Shown here piece by piece: positions 8,117 through 17,256 of a DNA stretch of 52,599 bases. The stretch spans positions 1 through 52,599 of the forward strand of contig CANQSL010000004.1 of the NCBI GenBank assembly GCA_947626515.1, written 5' to 3'. This DNA comes from an uncultured Bacilli bacterium. GTDB taxonomy: Bacteria; Bacillota_I; Bacilli_A; RF39; UBA660. The translations under genes were made by a program, and so were the position numbers. Position 1 is the first letter of the stretch; the number at the start of each line of letters is the position of its first letter. The notes beneath the pieces were generated by a model, which saw only the letters and a program-made list of their open reading frames with translations, was not told the origin of the DNA and did no database searches.

Positions 8117-8929
8117 TTAATACTTACATCTCATTTCAATATTTTTATATACAAGAGATTTAAAATCTTTTTTCCAGCTTTCTAAAAAAAATGGATATTC
8201 TGGAAAAGTATTTAAATCATTTAAATTTGTATAAAATTCTTTTATTTTATTTAACTTTTCTCTATTATATACTCTACTTTCCAATTCTTCTAAAGTCTTA
8301 TTTTCTATATTAATTTGAGGACCATATACATTTACTTTATAAAGTAAACCCGGTTTATTATCTTTACCTAAATAATTACTTTTGCCAATATATTCTGTTT
8401 TAATTATATTGCCAAACATTACTAATACTTCTCTTTCATAAGGTTTTACATAATCTTTTCCTAAATTTTCTAAATCAAAATAAAGTGCTCCTTTATTGAA
8501 TATGTATTTACATAAAGCTAAACCATTTTTATTAGAATATCCTAAATTAATTATTTCTTCTAAAGATAATTTAGTAGTAGACGTCAAAGTTTCTATTATA
8601 CTTTCACCTAAAGAGATTTCTGATTGTCTGCAAGCTCTTACTGTCTCAAAATTACTTTTATCACTATTCTTTAATGAATAGTAATATAAAAATGTATATA
8701 GATCTATTATACGTTTTAAACCTTTTTCACAAATTAAATTAGGTATTTGTTTTTTACCTTCTAAAAATCTATCTTTTTCTGCATTAATATTACCTAATAA
8801 TGTATTTATTGTTATATAAGCTTTTTTAGCTTCAACAACATCTTTTGGAAATTCATCATATGAAAAAAATAAACCGTCTGGTATGCCCACATAATATTTT
8901 GAAGCCGATATTATTTTTTCAATATCCAT
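8117..8929 (-). CDS. Hypothetical cytoplasmic protein; tentative R-S-E mono-ADP-ribosyltransferase-like fold
   Basis: GGAGG SD and no signal peptide. Ordered motifs are AKKAYITINTLLGN, ETVRACR (Arg), LTSTTKL (STS-like) and PYEREVLVMF (ExE followed by hydrophobics). The functional call is weak. Confidence 0.6.
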   Translation of the reverse strand: MDIEKIISASKYYVGIPDGLFFSYDEFPKDVVEAKKAYITINTLLGNINAEKDRFLEGKKQIPNLICEKGLKRIIDLYTFLYYYSLKNSDKSNFETVRACRQSEISLGESIIETLTSTTKLSLEEIINLGYSNKNGLALCKYIFNKGALYFDLENLGKDYVKPYEREVLVMFGNIIKTEYIGKSNYLGKDNKPGLLYKVNVYGPQINIENKTLEELESRVYNREKLNKIKEFYTNLNDLNTFPEYPFFLESWKKDFKSLVYKNIEMRCKY

Positions 8930-8944
8930 ATTTAAAACCTCCTT

Positions 8945-9766
8945 CTATTTTCTTTTGTAATCTTCTAAAAAGCTTTTATAAATTCCGTCTTTTTTTACTC
9001 CCAATACACAATTTAAATTAATATTATCTAAAGATTTAAAAATATTGTAGTCAATATCTTTATTTATTTTTCTTAAATATTTAATTAACTCTTTCATTTC
9101 ATTTCTTTTGCTATCATATTTATCTTTATTTTCTGTAAACTTACATGCACAATTAATAAAATCCAAATTGTTATATTTTTTCCATGAAAGTATAGACGAT
9201 TCTTTTACTAAATACATAGGTCTAATTAATTCTAAACCGGGAAAATTATCACTAGGTAATTTTGGCATCATAGTTTTTATTTCTGATGCATAAAACATAG
9301 AAAGCAAAGTTGTTTCAATAACATCATCAAAATGATGTCCTAAAGCAATTTTATTACATCCCAATTCTTTAGCCTTATTATATAGATGACCTCTTCTCAT
9401 TCTAGCACACATATAGCATGGGCTTTTAGTATCTAAAGTTTCTACTACTTTAAATATATCTGATGAAAATATTTCTATTGGAATATTTAAAATATTTGCA
9501 TTTTCTTTTATTTTTTTTAGATTTACTTTATTATATCCGGGATCCATTACTACATAATGAGCATTAAAATGTATTTTCCCATGACGCATTATTTCTTGTA
9601 TGCATTTTGCTAATAAAAAAGAATCTTTCCCACCACTTATACATACCATTATATTGTCATTTTCCTCTATTAATTCATAATCTTGTACAGCTCTTATAAA
9701 ACGACTCCATATTTCTTTTCTATACTTTTTTATAATACTCTTTTCTATTTCTTTATATCTTTCCAT
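8945..9766 (-). CDS. ttcA: PP-loop ATP pyrophosphatase, TtcA-like tRNA 2-thiocytidine synthetase
   Basis: PP-loop VCISGGKDS. Cys pairs CYMCARMRRG and CACKF. Start placed at MERYKEIEK (ATG 9766). The longer track ORF (9799) would overlap the upstream gene by 14 nt and lacks an SD. Confidence 0.75.
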   Translation of the reverse strand: MERYKEIEKSIIKKYRKEIWSRFIRAVQDYELIEENDNIMVCISGGKDSFLLAKCIQEIMRHGKIHFNAHYVVMDPGYNKVNLKKIKENANILNIPIEIFSSDIFKVVETLDTKSPCYMCARMRRGHLYNKAKELGCNKIALGHHFDDVIETTLLSMFYASEIKTMMPKLPSDNFPGLELIRPMYLVKESSILSWKKYNNLDFINCACKFTENKDKYDSKRNEMKELIKYLRKINKDIDYNIFKSLDNINLNCVLGVKKDGIYKSFLEDYKRK

Positions 9767-9785
9767 TATATTTTCCCTACTTGAA

Positions 9786-10463
9786 CTAACAATTATCATC
9801 CAATTCTAAAGGTATTCTAAATACTTTTAGTTCATCATTATTGTCTATTGCATCAATTTCTAAATACATTCCATTCTCTTTATACATTTTACATGTTTTA
9901 GAATAATGATCTACATTAAAGTTTACTTTTTTTAAAAAGTCTTCTAATGTTATACTTTTCGAATATGAATACGTGCTTATGACATTTTTTTGTTTATCTG
10001 AAGACTCATATAAAGTACACTTTATCTCTTTATACTTTGTGTTATCTTCTTTTCCACAATAAGATATATTTGATATATATACAGAAGTCTTATTTTTATT
10101 ATAAGCTATACTTCCATATAAATTAAAATTATCACATGTAGTTTTTAATGGTTTAAATTCAAAACTTTCATTTTTTTTAAAGATTAAAAATAATGTTACT
10201 ATCAAGATTAAAATAATTAAAACAACTATAATTAATTTTATATATTTTTTTTTATTTGCTTTAACATCTAATAATTCATTAATATCTTTATTATAATCAT
10301 TACATATTTTTTTTAATATTGTAATATCAGGAATACTTTTAGCAGTTTCCCATTTAGATACAGCTTGATATGTCACATTATATTTTTGAGCAAATTTCTC
10401 CTGTGTTAAATTATCTTTTTTTCTAATATCTTTAATAAATTCAGCAATTTTATTGGAATTCAT
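9786..10463 (-). CDS. Membrane-tethered XRE-family HTH regulator
   Basis: HTH_3 pattern NLTQEKFAQKYNVTYQAVSKWETAKSIPD, a single TM segment (IKLIIVVLIILILIVTLFLIF) and a ~120-aa extracytoplasmic domain. ATG 10463 is preceded by GAAGGTG. Confidence 0.8.
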   Translation of the reverse strand: MNSNKIAEFIKDIRKKDNLTQEKFAQKYNVTYQAVSKWETAKSIPDITILKKICNDYNKDINELLDVKANKKKYIKLIIVVLIILILIVTLFLIFKKNESFEFKPLKTTCDNFNLYGSIAYNKNKTSVYISNISYCGKEDNTKYKEIKCTLYESSDKQKNVISTYSYSKSITLEDFLKKVNFNVDHYSKTCKMYKENGMYLEIDAIDNNDELKVFRIPLELDDNC

Positions 10464-10508
10464 ATTTAACACCTTCTAACTAATTATAACAAACTTTTTT
10501 TAAAACTA

Positions 10509-11273
10509 CTAATTTATTTTTTTACAGAGTACCATTCGTTTACTATATAAGTAATTTAAAAAATCTTCATAACAAGATATATAATAATCCGATAACTTTA
10601 ATATTTTATCCCTATTAAAATCAGAATTTTTATCATATATATTTACTGTTTCTAAATTTGCTGCTTTGCTTGCTAAAACTCCTTGTAATGAATCTTCAAA
10701 AACTAAACATTCACTAGGTTGAGCATTATAATAATTTAATACATATAAATAAGCCTCTGGATCTGGTTTTTTATTTTTTACCTGTTCTACTCCAACTATT
10801 AAATCAAAAGCTTCTAGAATATTCAATTTGCTATACATTTTTTTATTCTTTTTTGCATATATATCTATTTGTTTTTTTGTTGTTATAGTAGCTAAGACTA
10901 ATGTATATCCTCTTTTTTTAAATTCTTTAATCAATTCAACTACTCCACTTTTAAATTCTATATCATTTGCTAAAGTATTATTAGCTAAAGTAGATCTTAA
11001 ATTAAATAATAGATCTATGGAAATATCTATATTATATTTATTTATTAAAAATTCACAGTAATCTCTATATATAGCACTACTTGAACTATTATTTTCTAAA
11101 AATATATCTCTATCGTTTTGTATAGTTTCTAAATCTACAACAATATTTTTATATTTTTTAATTATTTCAAAGTCCACTAAATTCCATACACTCATCGAAT
11201 CTATCAATGTACCATCTAAATCAAATATAATATACTTTTTATTTTCTAATTTTAATTCATTTAAATCTTTCAT
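10509..11273 (-). CDS. HAD-superfamily hydrolase (beta-phosphoglucomutase-like subfamily IA)
   Basis: Motif I IIFDLDGTLIDS, motif III KKPDPE, motif IV VFEDSLQG. Start chosen at MKDLNE (ATG 11273; AAAGGA SD 6 nt upstream). The track ORF extends to 11354. Confidence 0.8.
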   Translation of the reverse strand: MKDLNELKLENKKYIIFDLDGTLIDSMSVWNLVDFEIIKKYKNIVVDLETIQNDRDIFLENNSSSSAIYRDYCEFLINKYNIDISIDLLFNLRSTLANNTLANDIEFKSGVVELIKEFKKRGYTLVLATITTKKQIDIYAKKNKKMYSKLNILEAFDLIVGVEQVKNKKPDPEAYLYVLNYYNAQPSECLVFEDSLQGVLASKAANLETVNIYDKNSDFNRDKILKLSDYYISCYEDFLNYLYSKRMVLCKKIN

Positions 11274-11429
11274 AAGGTGTCCTTTCATCATAATTAGTAA
11301 TATTACCGTATCACCAATGTAAAAAATATTTTTTATTATAGCATCATATAACAAGTTAAGTAAAGTATTTAATTTGACAAAAAATAATAATTGTTGTATA
11401 TTAAAACAACTTTTATTAAGGGGATTTTT

Positions 11430-12317
11430 ATGAATAATAAGTATACTAAATTAAAAATTTTTTATAACTCTACTATAGGAGAATCTTTATTTAAAGCTAA
11501 CATGATTAAAGAAGAAAAAATTAAGAAACTCGATATATATGAAAGTTACATGAGCATAGTAAAAGATACATGCAAATTAATAAAAGAATTAGGGATAAAA
11601 GATCCATACAATGCTTCAGCAATTTTTGACTATTTATTATGGAATGGATATTTATCTAAAGATAAAACATTAAAATATTCTATATCTAATAGAACTAATC
11701 TTAACTATTTAGCTGGTACTGATATAATGACTGGAAGATCAGTATGCATAAATAATGCCGATATGCTTTCTAGAGTATTAAACGAATTGGGATACGAATC
11801 ATTTATTTTTGTATGTAGGCCAAATGAGACAGAGGAAAAGAAAAATACTACATACAAACCAAATATTAAAAGGAAAAAAGATAATATAACGGAAACTGAA
11901 GAAAGTAATATTAGAAAGTTTTTATTAAAATTACCATTTTTTAATAAAATAGGAACTCACGCTATTACTATTTTTAATTTTTGTAATAATTATTCATTTC
12001 ACGATCCAACAAATATAGACTTTTTAAATGCTCAAAAAGATTTTGAAGTTAAATTTGTATGTAGTGATTTAAGTTTTCAACTTAACCCTTTTGATACTTC
12101 AATTATAAATAACGTAACTAAAGAATGTTTTATGAAATCATTTGAAAGTTTGTATAACAATAGCAATCAATTAAAGCTTGATAAAATGTTTGTAGAAAAA
12201 ACATTTGATTATTCTATTTTGAAATGCATTATTAATTCTAGTTTATTAAATGATTTTTATGAAGAAATTACTCCTAAAATAAATGAAACATGCAAACGTT
12301 TAGAAAAATATAAATAA
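11430..12317 (+). CDS. Transglutaminase-like cysteine peptidase-fold protein (Cys-His-Asp)
   Basis: GRSVCINNADMLSRVLNELGYESFIF resembles the transglutaminase-core Cys motif, and THAITIFNFCNNYSFHDPTN supplies the His and Asp. No signal peptide. Start at ATG 11430 after AAGGGGA; the track start at 11391 is TTG. Confidence 0.6.
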   Translation: MNNKYTKLKIFYNSTIGESLFKANMIKEEKIKKLDIYESYMSIVKDTCKLIKELGIKDPYNASAIFDYLLWNGYLSKDKTLKYSISNRTNLNYLAGTDIMTGRSVCINNADMLSRVLNELGYESFIFVCRPNETEEKKNTTYKPNIKRKKDNITETEESNIRKFLLKLPFFNKIGTHAITIFNFCNNYSFHDPTNIDFLNAQKDFEVKFVCSDLSFQLNPFDTSIINNVTKECFMKSFESLYNNSNQLKLDKMFVEKTFDYSILKCIINSSLLNDFYEEITPKINETCKRLEKYK

Positions 12318-12355
12318 AAGATTTAAATGACTATAATCACTTAAATCTTTTTTAT
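12318..12355. terminator. Bidirectional terminator between the convergent transglutaminase-like gene and cadA
   Basis: Stem aagatttaa(a)tga / tca(c)ttaaatctt followed by a T-run. It overlaps the cadA stop. Confidence 0.6.
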
Positions 12356-14373
12356 TTGAAATGTTTTATAACTCTCAATGTATTTACAATAGTAAGTAAC
12401 GTAACTCCCGTATCTGCAAATACCGCCATCCACATATTAGCTAAACCAAATACGCTCAATATTAAAATAATTATTTTTGTACATAGTGCAAACATCAAAT
12501 TTTGTTTAATAATTTTTTTAGTATATAAAGATATATCTATAGCTAGAGGAATTTTATTTAAATCATCATTCATTAAAACTATATCTGATGCTTCTATAGC
12601 TGATTCAGAACCAATACCACCCATAGAAATACCTATATCTGCTCTTTTTAAAACCGGAGCATCATTTACTCCATCTCCTACAAATGCAGTTAACCCTGAT
12701 TTTGATACGTTTTCAAAATTACTGTATTTATCAGTAGGAAGCATTTCATATTCTACATTATCTATATTTAATTTTTTGCCTATATCTAAGGCTATTTCTT
12801 TTTTATCACCAGTAAACATATAAGTTTTTATATTATAACTTTTTATTTTATCTATAGTTTCTCTTACATTTTCTTTTATTCCATCATTAATTAAAATTGA
12901 TGCTATATGTTTTCCTTCTATATTTAGATGTAACATAGTTTCTCTTTTGCAATCACAAATTTTATTATTACCTAACTTTATTAATTTATCATTTATTTTA
13001 TACGAAATACCTTTTCCATCTATTTCTTTAAAATCTGTTACATCCGAAATGGAAATTTTTCCTTCTTTTAACTTCATTATTGCTTTCGCAATAGGATGAT
13101 TTGAATAATATTCTCCCTTGACTAAAATGTCGATTATCTCGTCTTTTGTATAATTATTATCAATTATTTCTATATTTTCTATACTAAATGAACCATTTGT
13201 TAAGGTACCAGTTTTATCAAATATAATATTTTTTATATTACTTAAATTATCTAAGTAGTTGCTACCTTTAATAAGTATGCCTTTTTTACTAGATACCCCA
13301 ATTCCTGTAAAATAAGATAATGGAATAGATATTGCAATTGCACATGGACAAGAAATAACTAAAAAAGTTAATCCACGATATAAACTTTCTTTAATTGTTA
13401 TATCCGATATAATTGGCAAAAATATTACAACTATTACAGCTAAAATTAATATAGTAGGTGTATATATTTTACTTATCTTAGTGACTAAAGTTTCCATCTT
13501 AGCTTTATTATTAGTAGCATCGTCGAGTAATTCCAATATTTTAGAAACCGTAGAATTTAAAAATGTATTAGTCGCTTTTATTTCTATTATATCTTCCATA
13601 TTAATAGATCCAGATAAAACTTTATCTTTTTTTGAAACTTTTACAGGTTCACTTTCACCAGTTAGAAAGGAAGTATCCAATATAGTCTCACCTTTAGTTA
13701 ATATTCCATCAACAGGAATTTTTTCTCCTTTTTTCACTACTAAAATATCACCTATTTTAATTTTTTCTACTTCTATTTTATTTACTTTATTATTTTCTAA
13801 TTTATTAGCATATGGTTCTTTTATATCAATTAAATCTTTTATAGATTTTCTAGAATTATTAACGGCTTTTTCTTCTAATATTTTACCAATTGTATATAAT
13901 ACAATAACCATCATACCTTCAAGTGGCTTACCTATTAGAAATGCTCCAATACAAGATATAGTAATCAATGCATTTTCATTAACTGTTTTACTTTTAATCA
14001 TTAATTTAATAGCATTTATAGATGTTCTATATAATAATAAAATATACGAAATAATATATAATATTAGTTTTATTAAGTTAGATGAAATAATACTTGCAAG
14101 TACTCCAATAATAGTTCCTAATATTAATATAGATAAATAGTATTCTTTTTTATTAATAACTTCACTAGATATCATAGCTTCAGGTTCTATTTTCTTTACT
14201 ATTTCATTTAATTCTTTTAAAGATATTTCTTCATTAGATTCATATGAAAGTTTTGATGTATTAAAATTTACAATCACATTATTAAGTCTTTTACTCTTAT
14301 TTAATTTTTCCTCTAATCTTCTAGCACAGTCAGCACAATCTAAATTATTTATATTATATTTATATTTTTTCAT
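12352..14373 (-). CDS. cadA: Cd/Zn/Co-type heavy-metal translocating P1B-ATPase
   Basis: N-terminal HMA domain with CADC. TM CPC motif (VISCPCAIAIS). Phosphorylation site DKTGTLT. Hinge GDGVNDAP. 4-nt ATGA overlap with cadC. Confidence 0.92.
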   Translation of the reverse strand: MKKYKYNINNLDCADCARRLEEKLNKSKRLNNVIVNFNTSKLSYESNEEISLKELNEIVKKIEPEAMISSEVINKKEYYLSILILGTIIGVLASIISSNLIKLILYIISYILLLYRTSINAIKLMIKSKTVNENALITISCIGAFLIGKPLEGMMVIVLYTIGKILEEKAVNNSRKSIKDLIDIKEPYANKLENNKVNKIEVEKIKIGDILVVKKGEKIPVDGILTKGETILDTSFLTGESEPVKVSKKDKVLSGSINMEDIIEIKATNTFLNSTVSKILELLDDATNNKAKMETLVTKISKIYTPTILILAVIVVIFLPIISDITIKESLYRGLTFLVISCPCAIAISIPLSYFTGIGVSSKKGILIKGSNYLDNLSNIKNIIFDKTGTLTNGSFSIENIEIIDNNYTKDEIIDILVKGEYYSNHPIAKAIMKLKEGKISISDVTDFKEIDGKGISYKINDKLIKLGNNKICDCKRETMLHLNIEGKHIASILINDGIKENVRETIDKIKSYNIKTYMFTGDKKEIALDIGKKLNIDNVEYEMLPTDKYSNFENVSKSGLTAFVGDGVNDAPVLKRADIGISMGGIGSESAIEASDIVLMNDDLNKIPLAIDISLYTKKIIKQNLMFALCTKIIILILSVFGLANMWMAVFADTGVTLLTIVNTLRVIKHFK

Positions 14374-14753
14374 AAAATTACGCTTTCTAATTTATGATTT
14401 ATATGTTCTATACCAATTTCATATAATTTTTTTATATGATCATCATCCAATTTATAATATACTTCTTTTCCTTCTTTTCTTGATTTAACTATACCTGCAT
14501 TTCTCAATGTTGCAAGTTGATGAGATATTGATGATTTAGTCATATTTAATACATTTGCAATATCACATACACACATCTCATTATAATCTAATACCCATAT
14601 AATTTTAATTCTTGTAAAATCTCCCAATATTTTAAATAACTCTGTCAAATTATTTAATTCTTCATCTTTAGGTTTGTTTTTTAATACTTTTTCTACTTGT
14701 TCTTTATGTATAATATTACAGTCACATACTAAATCATTATTATATTTATTCAT
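14370..14753 (-). CDS. cadC: ArsR/SmtB-family metalloregulator CadC
   Basis: Winged-HTH CVCDIANVLNMTKSSISHQLATLRNAGIV, N-terminal Cys pair (CDC), GAGGAGG SD. Coupled to cadA. Confidence 0.88.
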   Translation of the reverse strand: MNKYNNDLVCDCNIIHKEQVEKVLKNKPKDEELNNLTELFKILGDFTRIKIIWVLDYNEMCVCDIANVLNMTKSSISHQLATLRNAGIVKSRKEGKEVYYKLDDDHIKKLYEIGIEHINHKLESVIL

Positions 14754-14778
14754 ATTAGCCTCCTCAGTTGTCTATTCG

Positions 14779-14821
14779 TTCAACTATATTTAGTATAGTT
14801 GAATATATATTCAATTGTCAA
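14779..14821 (-). promoter_or_regulatory. cadCA promoter with overlapping ArsR-type operator palindromes
   Basis: Minus strand reads TTGACA (14821-14816), 18-nt spacer, TATACT (14797-14792). A perfect 14-bp palindrome TGAATATATATTCA (14800-14813) fills the spacer. A perfect 10-bp inverted repeat TTCAACTATA-N5-TATAGTTGAA (14779-14803) covers the -10 and the start site. Confidence 0.7.
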
Positions 14822-14877
14822 TATATTATATTTTAAATTTTGATTTAATTTACAAAAAATGAATTGTTATTTACAAT

Positions 14878-15735
14878 TCATTTAAAATATGCATCTACTT
14901 GATTTTGTATATTAAATTCTAAATTTTCTATTGTCCCATCAAAATGTACATTATCCATATCTTTCAATACACTATTTGGAAATATGCTTTTCATATCTTC
15001 AGTATAGTAAATTCCATCTCTAGGTATAGTATAATCATTCACAAAATAATTGTCATTTTCTTTAATAATTTCAAATTTATATGGTATAGATGAACCAGTA
15101 TCCATAATAACTTCATCATCTTTTTTATAAAACTTCTCCTGTAATACCCAAGCATAGACATAATATTTATCTTTTTCTTCATTTACTAAGTAAGTTCTCA
15201 TTGCAATAAAAGATTTTTCATCTTCATAATCATTACTTTTTTCATCTTCTTCAATCATATACTTTTTAATAGTACTTTCTATTATGTTCCAATCCAAATT
15301 AACAGGTGGAGCATATTTAAATCCCCAAGTACTAAATAATACTGGTTCATTATTTCTCATTTTATATACATCTATTCCAAATAATACTAAAAAGCTTGTA
15401 ATTAAAAGTACTATAAAAGTTAAAATTATTTTATATATAAATTTCGTATGTCTAATTTTTTTACTAGAATAATCTAATGTATTTAAAACATTATTTTCAA
15501 AACTCTTTGATTCTTCTTCTTTATTTAATTTTTTACCACTAAGTAATTCATTAACTGTAATATCTAATTCATCACATAGTGGTTTTATTAATGAATAATC
15601 TGGCATACCTCTTCCATTTTCCCATTTTGATATAGCTCTATCAGTTACTCCTAATTTTAAAGCTAGTTCTTGTTGAGTTAACTTTTTCATTTTTCTTAAA
15701 TTTTGAATAAATTTTCCAATCTGTTCTTGATTCAT
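14878..15735 (-). CDS. Membrane-tethered XRE-family HTH regulator
   Basis: KLTQQELALKLGVTDRAISKWENGRGMPD HTH, one TM segment (IYKIILTFIVLLITSFLVLFGI) and a ~165-aa outer domain. GGGAGA SD. Confidence 0.8.
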   Translation of the reverse strand: MNQEQIGKFIQNLRKMKKLTQQELALKLGVTDRAISKWENGRGMPDYSLIKPLCDELDITVNELLSGKKLNKEEESKSFENNVLNTLDYSSKKIRHTKFIYKIILTFIVLLITSFLVLFGIDVYKMRNNEPVLFSTWGFKYAPPVNLDWNIIESTIKKYMIEEDEKSNDYEDEKSFIAMRTYLVNEEKDKYYVYAWVLQEKFYKKDDEVIMDTGSSIPYKFEIIKENDNYFVNDYTIPRDGIYYTEDMKSIFPNSVLKDMDNVHFDGTIENLEFNIQNQVDAYFK

Positions 15736-15805
15736 ATAAATCTCCCTTCATATCAAAAATTATAATATAATTTTATTAAAATTCATCCAAACGAAACGTA
15801 GAGTT

Positions 15806-15834
15806 ACAAAAAGACAATTATTTTAATTGTCTTG
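15806..15834 (-). terminator. Terminator of the holA...xer operon
   Basis: Perfect stem aagacaatta / taattgtctt with loop tttt. It overlaps the recombinase stop codon and is followed on the minus strand by a T-run. Confidence 0.65.
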
Positions 15835-16699
15835 GATTTGTATGCAAATAAACTCTTTTTAATTCTTCATTTGATACATGAGTATAAATACTTGTTGTAG
15901 ACAATGAAACATGTCCTAATAATTCTTGAACACTCTTTAAATCACAACCTTCGTTTAGTAGCATAGTTGCAAAAGAATGCCTAAATGAATGTGGTGTAAT
16001 TTTTAATTTAGTAGAGCTTTTTATTATAATCTTTTCTATAATATCTCTTATACCTCTAGTAGTTAATTTATTGCCTAAATGATTTAAGAATAAATAATCA
16101 TTACTTTTATTTTTTAATAATTCATGTCTAACTGTTAAATATTTTTTAATCGATTCAACGGCATAACTTCCTAAATATACTATTCTTTCTTTATTTCCTT
16201 TACCTATTACTTTTATTTCCATCCTATTTAAATCCATATCATTTAATTTTATATTTATTAATTCATTTACTCTAGCTCCAGTTGCAAGTAATACTTCAAA
16301 TATACATCTATTTCTAATACCTAATTCTGTATTATCATCTATTGAATTAACTATATCTACAAAATCATTATATTTAAAATAATTCGGCAATTTATTTTCT
16401 TTTTTCATACTTTTAACTAAATTAAAAGAATTGTAGTTTACTACATTATTTTTAATTAAAAAATCATAAAATTTTCTTATACAACTAATACTTCTATTAA
16501 TACTAGTGCTTTTATGATTAAATTTAAGATAAGATAAAAATTCCAATACTTCTTTATATTGTATATTTTTATAATCTATTTTATTATCTTCTAAAAAAGA
16601 AAAATAATTCTCTAAATCTATATTATAATTAATTATAGTATTATTACTATATTTTTTTTCTTTTTCTAAAAATACTAAAAATTCATCTACGTAATCCAT
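15818..16699 (-). CDS. Tyrosine site-specific recombinase, XerC/XerD-like
   Basis: N-terminal SAM-like domain. Catalytic ATGARVNEL (Arg), HSFRHSFAT (HxxR), LLGH and IYTHV (Tyr). Its start overlaps the upstream stop (TAATG). Confidence 0.85.
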   Translation of the reverse strand: MDYVDEFLVFLEKEKKYSNNTIINYNIDLENYFSFLEDNKIDYKNIQYKEVLEFLSYLKFNHKSTSINRSISCIRKFYDFLIKNNVVNYNSFNLVKSMKKENKLPNYFKYNDFVDIVNSIDDNTELGIRNRCIFEVLLATGARVNELINIKLNDMDLNRMEIKVIGKGNKERIVYLGSYAVESIKKYLTVRHELLKNKSNDYLFLNHLGNKLTTRGIRDIIEKIIIKSSTKLKITPHSFRHSFATMLLNEGCDLKSVQELLGHVSLSTTSIYTHVSNEELKRVYLHTNPRQLK

Positions 16700-17214
16700 T
16701 AATAATCTAGCAAAGCTCCTTCATATATTACTTTATTATTTGGTATTTTTAAAAAGTGTGATGCCTTTACAATTTTTTCATTTACGTCATATATTCCTGA
16801 TTCTTTCAATACATCATTTACAAATTCTGTACATACAAAATAATTTTTTCTTTTAAAAGTTAGTTTAAACATTCTCAATATTAATCCTAAAGTATCATAT
16901 TTATATATATCTTTATTTTCTTTATATTTTTTTATAATTTTAACTAATTTTTTATAATTACTTTCTTTTATTAAAACCTCTAAAACTACACATTTAGTTT
17001 TATTAAAAACTTTAAAAAATTTACTATTTTTATTTTCTATTACAAAACCAGCATTAAATACATTATGTATGCCTTTTCTTCCAAAACTATACATATTTTC
17101 TAAAGAATCATCTAAAGAAATAGAAGTATGAGCATACTCATATTTTGTAAATAATCTTACTAATTTAGATGTAATAGTACCTGTATATGTTAAAATTATG
17201 TATATTTTTTTCAT
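16699..17214 (-). CDS. Permuted papain-fold (YiiX / LRAT-like NlpC-P60) hydrolase, putative
   Basis: The His comes before the Cys: YEYAHTSISL then NYFVCTEFVNDVL (compare NCEHF in LRAT-type enzymes). Start at ATG 17214 after GGTGAG. Confidence 0.5.
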   Translation of the reverse strand: MKKIYIILTYTGTITSKLVRLFTKYEYAHTSISLDDSLENMYSFGRKGIHNVFNAGFVIENKNSKFFKVFNKTKCVVLEVLIKESNYKKLVKIIKKYKENKDIYKYDTLGLILRMFKLTFKRKNYFVCTEFVNDVLKESGIYDVNEKIVKASHFLKIPNNKVIYEGALLDY

Positions 17215-17256
17215 TGTACTCACCATATATCATTGTAAATTATTTATTATTTTTTT

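Noticed and set aside
13481-14140. 219-aa plus-strand ORF in the track, and its neighbour at 12356..12823 (155 aa)
   Set aside because: Both lie entirely antisense to cadA, whose P-type ATPase motifs are unambiguous. Their products are low-complexity I/L/S/F strings with no SD. This is the typical shadow ORF on the opposite strand of a real gene in AT-rich DNA.
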